This document shows, piece after piece, positions 63,750-64,000 of a DNA stretch of 64,000 bases (its first letter is position 1; the number at the start of each line of letters is the position of its first letter). Location of the stretch: contig CM075996.1 of the NCBI GenBank assembly GCA_038087875.1, forward strand, positions 3,102,001-3,166,000, written 5' to 3'. The notes beneath the pieces are model-generated. The model was not told the origin of the DNA. It worked only from the letters and a program-made list of their open reading frames with translations, and did no database searches. Source of the stretch: Malacoraja senta (lineage: Eukaryota). A program made the translations under genes and the position numbers.

Positions 63750-64000
63750 TGTTACAAAATTCTTAAGGGGTTGGACAAGCTAGATGCAAGAAGATTGTTC
63801 CCGATTTTGGGGAAGTCCAGAACAAGCGGTCACAGTTTAAGGATTAGGGGGAAGTCTTTTAGGACCGAGATGAGGAGAAAAAAATTCACACAGAGAGTGG
63901 TGAATCTGTGGAATTCTCTGCCACAGAAAGTAGTTGAGGCCAGTTCATTGGCTATATTTAAGAGGGAGTTAGATGTGGCCCTTGTGGCTAAAGGGATCAG
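63750..64000 (+). mobile_element. CR1 LINE fragment running off the window end
   Basis: [17 protein letters not shown]...[16 protein letters not shown]. Confidence 0.88.

Overview
Repeat-dense vertebrate genomic DNA. The SINE, CR1 and Penelope content suggests a cartilaginous fish such as a skate or ray (inference). Two spliced genes converge tail-to-tail. On the + strand are 15 coding exons of TMPRSS6/matriptase-2 (10337-35752: SEA, CUB1, CUB2, three LDLa and a trypsin-type protease domain); its 5' exons lie outside the window. On the - strand is a complete, intact 6-exon KCTD17 (60569-44413, 200 aa) with a CpG-island promoter. The two genes are also neighbours in human. As assembled, TMPRSS6 is disrupted. 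A nested Tx1/L1 plus Penelope insertion sits inside the last CUB2 exon, 5 nt before the inferred splice donor. Three exons also carry 1-bp frameshifts in homopolymer runs, which may be sequencing errors. Other notable structure: a ~2.53-kb tandem macro-repeat (at least 3.8 copies, 1-9641); many Penelope-derived hammerhead-ribozyme motifs, often in fold-back pairs; a 63-bp palindrome-rich minisatellite in the TMPRSS6 3' UTR; a solo LTR with TSD; and a candidate terminal exon of an unidentified gene at 62698-63023. Most ORFs in the supplied track are retrotransposon fragments or microsatellite artefacts. I found no clearly new multi-gene system.
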